Notes under the pieces: generated by a model
What the model was told of the DNA's origin: nothing
The model's input: the letters and a program-made list of their open reading frames with translations, nothing else
Database searches by the model: none
Program-made: the position numbers and the translations under genes
Shown here: positions 50,960-57,669 of the stretch, in pieces
How positions within the stretch are numbered: the first letter of the stretch is position 1
How the letters are laid out: each line of letters starts with the position of its first letter
DNA from: Lama guanicoe
Taxonomy: Eukaryota
Assembly (NCBI GenBank): GCA_013239625.1
Contig: MU056000.1
Location: 14,533,787 to 14,591,455, forward strand
Length of the DNA stretch: 57,669 nt
Direction: 5' to 3'

Positions 50960-51085
50960 GAGAACTGCAGGTGTGTGGCCGGAAGCAGTTGGATCATGTA
51001 GAGGGCGGCCCAGCGGGAGGGCTTCCAATGGTCCTGCTGAACAGCCAATGCACTATTTCTCCGGCTCTCCTGGGGATTCTCCAAG
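50960..51085. promoter_or_regulatory. Candidate promoter/enhancer motif cluster
   Basis: Local GC/CpG-rich patch with CCGGAAG, GGGCGG, two CCAAT and GGGATTCTCC. Motif matches only. Confidence 0.3.
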
Positions 51086-51455
51086 CAAGCTGAGGCCCTT
51101 TAAGAAAGTCATGTTTTGCTTAAGCCAGCTAAAACAAATTTTGCTGTAGGCAATGAAGAGTATATTAGCAATTCAAATTAATTGTTACTTTTGCCTATTA
51201 TATTGACATTCACAGTGGCTGAAAATTATCACTTGTTGACAGATCAGTTTCCATTTCATTCAGCTGCTCTGGGAGATCAAATATTAACCTATCTTGTTCT
51301 CCTCTGTATTCCTACAGCTAAGAACAGTATGTATATGATGCATAAAAAGCAGTTAGTAAATATATACTACAAGAACAATGGAGTTTATGAATGAATACTT
51401 CCCAAATTCATGTCTATCAGGGACATTCTGGCAGAATTAGTTCTTAATAAAGGAA

Positions 51456-52420
51456 TGTGACCATTATTGGTTCCCTAACAGGAATTGGTTTTAATGCTGC
51501 AAACCTCTAGTTACCCTGTGTGAACTAGCAAGCTCAAGCATGGCCAAGGCAGGTCTTACTGAAACAGGAAGGAAGGGTGCAGGGGACAGCCATTAAAGGA
51601 ATGACACAGCAATTAGCACCAAGATGGCAGAAAACTCAACTCCCAATAGGCTTTGAGCCCAACATGGCAGGAGATTTGACTTCCATTTGAACTTGAGCTT
51701 CATTATATGCTCATTATAATGTATTAGTGTAAGTGGCACTCCCACAGGCACCATGACAGTTCCAAGGCTAGCCACAAAAGGTCAAAAAGTGAGCAGTGGC
51801 CCAATTCCAGGGAATCCCAGCCCTTTCCTCAAAGTGGCTGGAATAATCCCCCCACTTGCTAGTATATGAAATAACCAAGCCCATAAAAACTAGCAATGCT
51901 GCACCTCACGGCCTCTCACTCCCTCACCGTCCGAGACGGCCCACACTCTCTCTATGGAGTGTGTATCTACTCTTACTTTAAACACCCATCCCCATGCCAA
52001 GTGGCCTCTCTGGCCTTTTGAGATGGCCTGCACTCTGTCTCTGTATGTGCATCTCCCTGGATAAATCTGCTTTCACTCAACTATGGCTTGCTCTTGAATC
52101 CTTTCTTCTGCAAAGCTGGGGACGCTCACTTGGTGGGGCACATCCCAGGGACTCAAACAAGACCTGGGACATGCCCATCCTCTCTAGCCCCAGTTTGTTG
52201 TAGCACTATGTCTGATATCACAAAGACTGATCAGTCAGAACCACTCTGGTAAACAGATCAACCACGCTGATATTCCAGTTAGGGGAATCTTGATAGAACA
52301 CCTGGGTCTGACCACTCTCCATGGTGTATCCTGATGAAGGGTCATTTGAAGAGACAGACTCAGCCGGCCACCCAACTCCGAAACAATGCAAATTAAATCT
52401 CAAGAGTGGGAGTCCAGAGA
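51456..52420 (-). mobile_element. Old ERVL-type LTR fragment split by the MER41-like LTR
   Basis: Minus strand ends ...gggaaccaataatggtcaca (a CA terminus like the MER74/MER88/LTR53 group) and GC-richer sequence continues on both sides of 51560-52205. Family uncertain. Confidence 0.35.
51560..52205 (+). mobile_element. MER41-like ERV1 solo LTR
   Basis: tgaaacaggaagg start; caagatggc, ctcattataatgtattag, cactcccacaggcaccatgacagtt, gaataatcccccacttgctagtatat, actctctctatggagt, ctttcact and gctcttgaatcctttcttctgcaaagc occur in MER41 order; ends tagca. Poly(A) signal decayed to GATAAA (52060-52065). Confidence 0.85.
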
Positions 52421-53833
52421 AGGAAAAAAAAAAAAGGTAATTTCTATGGTAATAAATTATCACAAATATCTACATATACAAGTTTTACAAGTGGTTAATG
52501 ATTGGTCAAAGATAAAATCAAACAGTATATTTATTTGGAAATCACTTCTTTATATAGATGATAATTTTTGTGAACTATTTTTGTCATCATTATTAGTATT
52601 ATCATTAATACTGCTTTTTTGTTAGGTTTAGCCTAAATACTTCCATGTTTTCAAAGATTTTAGATTAACTATTATGTGTAGAAACCTATGATCTACAATA
52701 GACCAAACTGGGATGTTAATCTCCTAACCCAAATACTTGATTGTATATATTTATGGCACTTCAATCATCATTCCCCATCTTTGATGTACTATTACGTATG
52801 ATTTTATAAACATGAATATCTGCAGGCCAGAGAAAGAGAAAGAAATAGATCCATTTCTCTCCACTTCCAGAAAGCGAAGTGGCATTTCAAACTGCCAGAA
52901 ACACTTGCTGTTAATTGCTCCCATTGATTATTCCATTCTCTTGTGGGAATCCAGCTTGCCTTCCCATTGCCTCTGCATTGTAGGGGGAAGTATTATTTGA
53001 TTCATGAATTCTTAAATTGAAACTGAAACCAGACTTCCCGCTATTACGCCCCTGTGCATACCCAACAGCTTACGTCCCCTTAGCCTCTCTTCATTTAACT
53101 TCCTTCCACTGTCCCAATGCAAATAAATGTGGTTATTACCTTTAAACATAACCTCTTGGTAGAAGTGGCATGACACACTGTAGATCTTCCACTACATTCT
53201 TATTGATCCTGAAAACAGATACCCAACGTAAAATAAACTGATAATTAATATAGGAACTCACTTAAAAATATATAGGTATATGTGTGTGAATATATATATA
53301 TATTTATACATACATACATGTATTTTTATATAAACGTGATTGGAATTTTTCTCGCAATTTTTTTATGGCTTTAAAACATAACCAGATTTTTCCTTTGTTT
53401 CTAAGAACGTGATGCCAAGAAACTGAGGGACTACATAATCTCCAAAATATGCCCCTAAGGATGGTGACTGTAGCCCTAGAGGAATTTAAAATAAAGTATT
53501 ATTCCGTAAGAAATATTTAATTTTGCATTAAAATGATAATCCTTTAATTCTAACACAATGATGATGATTTAAATAGAAAATAAGCCTAAATATAGAGTAG
53601 GCAAAACAAAAATAGACAAAGAAAATTAAATATTTCCAGCTGATATGAAATCTATCTTTAGTCCATGGCTGACAAATTGCTAGATAAACAAACAGGGTTA
53701 CTTGTTTATATGTGTAGTATGTCAAGACATCAAGATATTCTGACTGAAATCACATATGAAAATAAGACTCAAGGTTAAATAGTTGAACTAAAGGTGATGG
53801 CAATGAAGTTACTTTTATTTAATATAAAGACTA

Positions 53834-54090
53834 GGGGTTGGGAAGGGATAAATTGGGAGTTTGAGATTTGCAGATGCTAATATACATAGAATAGATAAAC
53901 AACCAGTTCATACTGTATAGCACAAGGAACTATATTCAGTATCTTGTAGTAACTTATGGTGAAAAAGAATATGAAAACAAATATATGTCTGTTCATGTAT
54001 GACTGAAGCATTATGCTGCACACCAGAAATTGACACAACATTGTAAACTGACTATACTTCAATACAAAATATATATATATATATTCAAAA
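53834..54090 (+). mobile_element. Short 5'-truncated L1 (3' UTR only)
   Basis: Colinear with 18500-18730. Perfect 8-bp TSD aaagacta (53826-53833 and 54091-54098). Confidence 0.93.
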
Positions 54091-56250
54091 AAAGACTATA
54101 TTATCCTGCATTAGACACATTTTTATTCCATCTCTTCCCACTTACAGCCTTAAAGAATTAATTCCTAATCACAATATGTGACAATACAATAAATTTTCTT
54201 TAAAAATTTTATCACATAATATAGAAAATATTAATATAATTCTTTTTTTACTATAGATAAATTGTTTCATGTATTAAGAAAGTTTCTAACTAAATAATTT
54301 ATGGCTAAAGTAATTAATACTCTTATGTATGGTTAGAGTGACTCTGTACTTCAGAGAAGATGGAACAATAGTTTCTTCTTTGTGTTTTTGTATGAGCGGT
54401 CCTGTGTTTACAATGGAAACTGATATTGGCAATTTCATCAAGATTAAACTAACTTTAAAATGTAGTCATTTGAATCCAATGTTCTGTAAGTGAATAAGCT
54501 TAAAATAGATGAATGTTTTGCCATAAGCAATGCAATTCAAATCTAGTTTGGATATTTTTTATGTACCTAAAAAAATAACTTTACTAATTTGTTTTTCTGA
54601 ATAAAGATGAGTTTTATTCATGCTCCATGAAAAAGGATTAAGAGAATAGAGTAAATTTTAGCCTTGCAGGAAACGTATCAATTACTTGCAGGTAAAATTG
54701 CCATATATCTGAAAACTTCTTGTGTGCATAAAAAAATTAATTCACACAATGAAATGTTCTCATTCTGTTGTGTTGATGTGTTTACAGATGATATAGTATA
54801 AAAAAATTTAAAGATGTTAGGGTGAAAGGCAAATATAAGTCTCATTTGAAATATAAGTAGATTTAAAACGTACTTCTTGACATTATAAAATGAATATGAA
54901 CATGTGTTTGCAGGGACATTTAAAATTGCTGTTAATTCTATAGCCATGGAATTGACATAACAAATCAAATAGGCTAAAAGTGTATGTTGGTATATAATCT
55001 TTATACATGAATTAGGTATTTTCCTTTTTCCTTGGATCAAGGAATAAATTTTATGATCAGATATTTGTGGGCTAAAAAATATGCCTGAGTTCTTTTGTAT
55101 CCATGGGACACAAACAACTGTTTGAAAATGGAAGAAATGCGTAGCAGGCGGAGACAGGAAATAATTTATCAAGTGCCTACACACCCACAAGAAACTTCTT
55201 TGGACAATACCTAATATTCTTGAGTAGGACTAGTTAGTTTGTTGTTAAACTGGTATAAATTGCAGGATTCATTCATGAAGTTAACAAGGCCCTTTTAGAA
55301 CTGGGCAAGATGATAATGAATAAATCCATACTTATGTAAATGTATCACACACTAACAAGGAGGGGTTAAGGAAACAAATTAACCAGCAGAAAGTAGGAGC
55401 ATTGAAGCAAGGTGGGGTCAAAACAACGCCAGTACCAGAGTCAAAACTATTGCAGTTCAAGTGTAATTTTTTAATGATTATCCTGAATTGCTATCAGAGA
55501 CTGACATGCGCAGGAGGCTGTTACAGGTGTATCTTCCCTTGTCTAGACTGATTCTCCTCTGCTCATTTAGCACTGCTTTTCATTCCAGTCTATTTCTGTT
55601 TCTGTCACTAACACTGCTTTTCTAGAGCAGTCCGCATTTCTTTAATCAGATTTATAGAACCTCCACTGTGTTAAAGGCTATATGTGTGGAAGTACAAAAA
55701 AACAAAATATACAAAGTCATTTGTAAAATGAAGGTAGTGAAATACATTTCAATTTCCTTTCTCATTTAAAACAATATTCTATTTTTTTCTGCTATTAATT
55801 AATAATTTTCAACTGATAATGACAAAACATCAAAACTCTTTTGGTTGTATGTTTTTAACTTTTTCCCCTAGTTAATGAACCATACCCTCAATTTTATTTT
55901 TAGCGTTTGTCTCCTAATTTTAGCAATACATACAAACTTGATCAAAGACAGGACTTAGGTGAAGACATTGATGGGTCAGTATGACCTATGAGCACTATCA
56001 CATCAAACTAAACACCTGTAATATTTGTTGGTAATCAACAACTTCAGATCAGCAAATCTCACCTTCATGATAGGAAAGCAAAGCCATGCTCTGGGAAACT
56101 CTGTTGTGGCAGATTTTTGCAAACTAATAATGACATATTCCTCATAAATTGTAGACACTTGCTTTGAAAGGATTTTGGAGGCCCTTTGAATCAAGAGTCT
56201 TCAGACTTGTTTAATCAGAGACCACAGTAAAATTTAGCTGTTCAACATAT

Positions 56251-57669
56251 ATACACAAGGGATCGTAAGAGGCTGCTATGAGTAACTACATGCCAACAGA
56301 AAGGACAACCTAGAAGAAATGGACAATTTCTTAGGAAAGTACAATTTGCCAAGACTGAACCAGGAAGAAATAGAAACTATGAATAGGCCAATTATCAGTA
56401 CTGAAATTGAATCAGTAATTTAAAAACTCCCCAAAACGAGAACAATAACAAAATCCAGGACCAGATGGCTTCACAGGGAATTCTAACAAACATTTAGAGA
56501 AGAGTTAACACCTATCCTTTTGAAACAATTCTAAAAAAATTTCAGAGGAAGGAACACTTCTGAACTTATTCTGTGAGGTCACCATCACCCTGATACCAAA
56601 ACCAGACAAATATATCACACAAAAAAGAAAATTACAGGCTAATATCACTTATAAATATAGATGCAAAAATACTCAACAAAGTTCTAGCAAATTGACTCCA
56701 ACAATTCATTAAAAGGATCATACACCATGATCAAGGAGGATTTATAACAGCGATGTAAGAATTTTTCACTATCTGCAATTCAATCAATGTGATACACTGC
56801 ATTAGCAAATTGAAAACTAAGAACCATATGATCATCTCAATAGATGCAGAAAAGGCTGTTGATAAAATTCAACATCCATTTATGATAAAAACTTTCCAGA
56901 AAATGGGCATAGAGGAAATACATCTCAACATAATAAAGGCTATTTACAACAAACCCATAGCTAATACCATACTCAATGATGAAAAGGTGAAAGAATTTCC
57001 TCTAAGATCAGGTACAAGCCAAGGATGCTCACTCTCACCACTTTTATTCAACCTAGTTTTGGAAGTCCTAGCCAAGGCAATCAGAGAAAAACAAGAAATA
57101 AAAGGAATCCAATTTGGAAAAGAAGAAGTAAAATTGTCACTGTTTACAGATGACATGATACTCTACATAGAAAATCCTAAAGAAGGGACCAGAAAACTAG
57201 TAGAGCTCATCAACAAATTTGGTAAAGTTGCAGGATACAAAATTAATATACAGAAATCAGTTGAATTTCTATACACTAACAAAAAAATAGCAGAAACAAA
57301 AATTAAGGAAATAATCCCATTTACCATCACATCAAAAAGAATAAAATACCTAGGAATAAACCTATCTAAGACAAAGGACCTGTACTTCAAAAACTGTAGG
57401 ACGTTGATGAAAAAAAATGAAGATGACATAAACTGATGGAAAGATATATCATGTTCCTGGATGGGAAGAATTAATATTGCTAAAATGGCCATACTATTCA
57501 AGCCAATATACACATTGAATGCAATCCCTATCAAATCATCAATGACATTTTTCACAGAACTGGAACAAAAAAAAGTTATAATTTGTGTGGAAATACAGAA
57601 AATCCCAAATAGAACAATATCGAGAAAGAAGAACAGAGCTGGGAGAATCACACTCCTTGACTTCATACT
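56251..57669 (+). mobile_element. L1 LINE, ORF2 central region, running off the window end
   Basis: Continuous ORF2 homology from the YEQLYAN-like region through PGPDGFTGEF and the RT domain. Confidence 0.95.
56789..57436 (+). pseudogene. L1 ORF2 reverse transcriptase domain fragment (inactive)
   Basis: [45 protein letters not shown] (consensus FADD) and KYLGINL. Stops upstream and a frameshift near 57370 disrupt it. Confidence 0.92.

Noticed and set aside
54678..55190. 170-aa minus-strand ORF
   Set aside because: F/I/Y-rich translation of AT-rich DNA, no homology recognised and no splice support.
56789..57436. Novel or functional reverse transcriptase
   Set aside because: Ordinary L1 ORF2 RT fragment with flanking stops, a frameshift and FADD changed to FTDD.
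57163..57666. 167-aa hydrophobic minus-strand ORF (also 8874-9149, 17498-17794, 36149-36487)
   Set aside because: Antisense readings of L1 ORF2, a common artefact.

Overview
AT-rich mammalian genomic DNA, intergenic or deep-intronic, with no host protein-coding gene I can recognise. A tRNA-Ala-derived SINE of the camelid Vic-1 type (15937-16064), with no Alu, B1, BovB/Bov-A, PRE or SINEC elements seen, points to a camelid (alpaca/camel) genome; this is an inference. The window is a layered transposon landscape: six L1 pieces (one with its RT core deleted, one with a twin-priming 5' inversion, one retaining the RT domain), a HAL1 remnant, three ERV1-class solo LTRs (one MER41-like, one apparently mosaic), MaLR/ERVL LTRs, many MIR/L2 relics, hAT MITEs, microsatellites and two small N gaps. 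The only ORFs in the track with recognisable homology are decayed L1 ORF2 fragments. I found no convincing previously undescribed biological system. The best leads are the RT-less L1, the mosaic LTR, the MER41-like LTR with altered STAT sites beside a promoter-like motif cluster, a palindrome/duplication knot, and a few low-confidence exon candidates. Repeat subfamily names come from recalled consensus sequences, and old-repeat boundaries are approximate.
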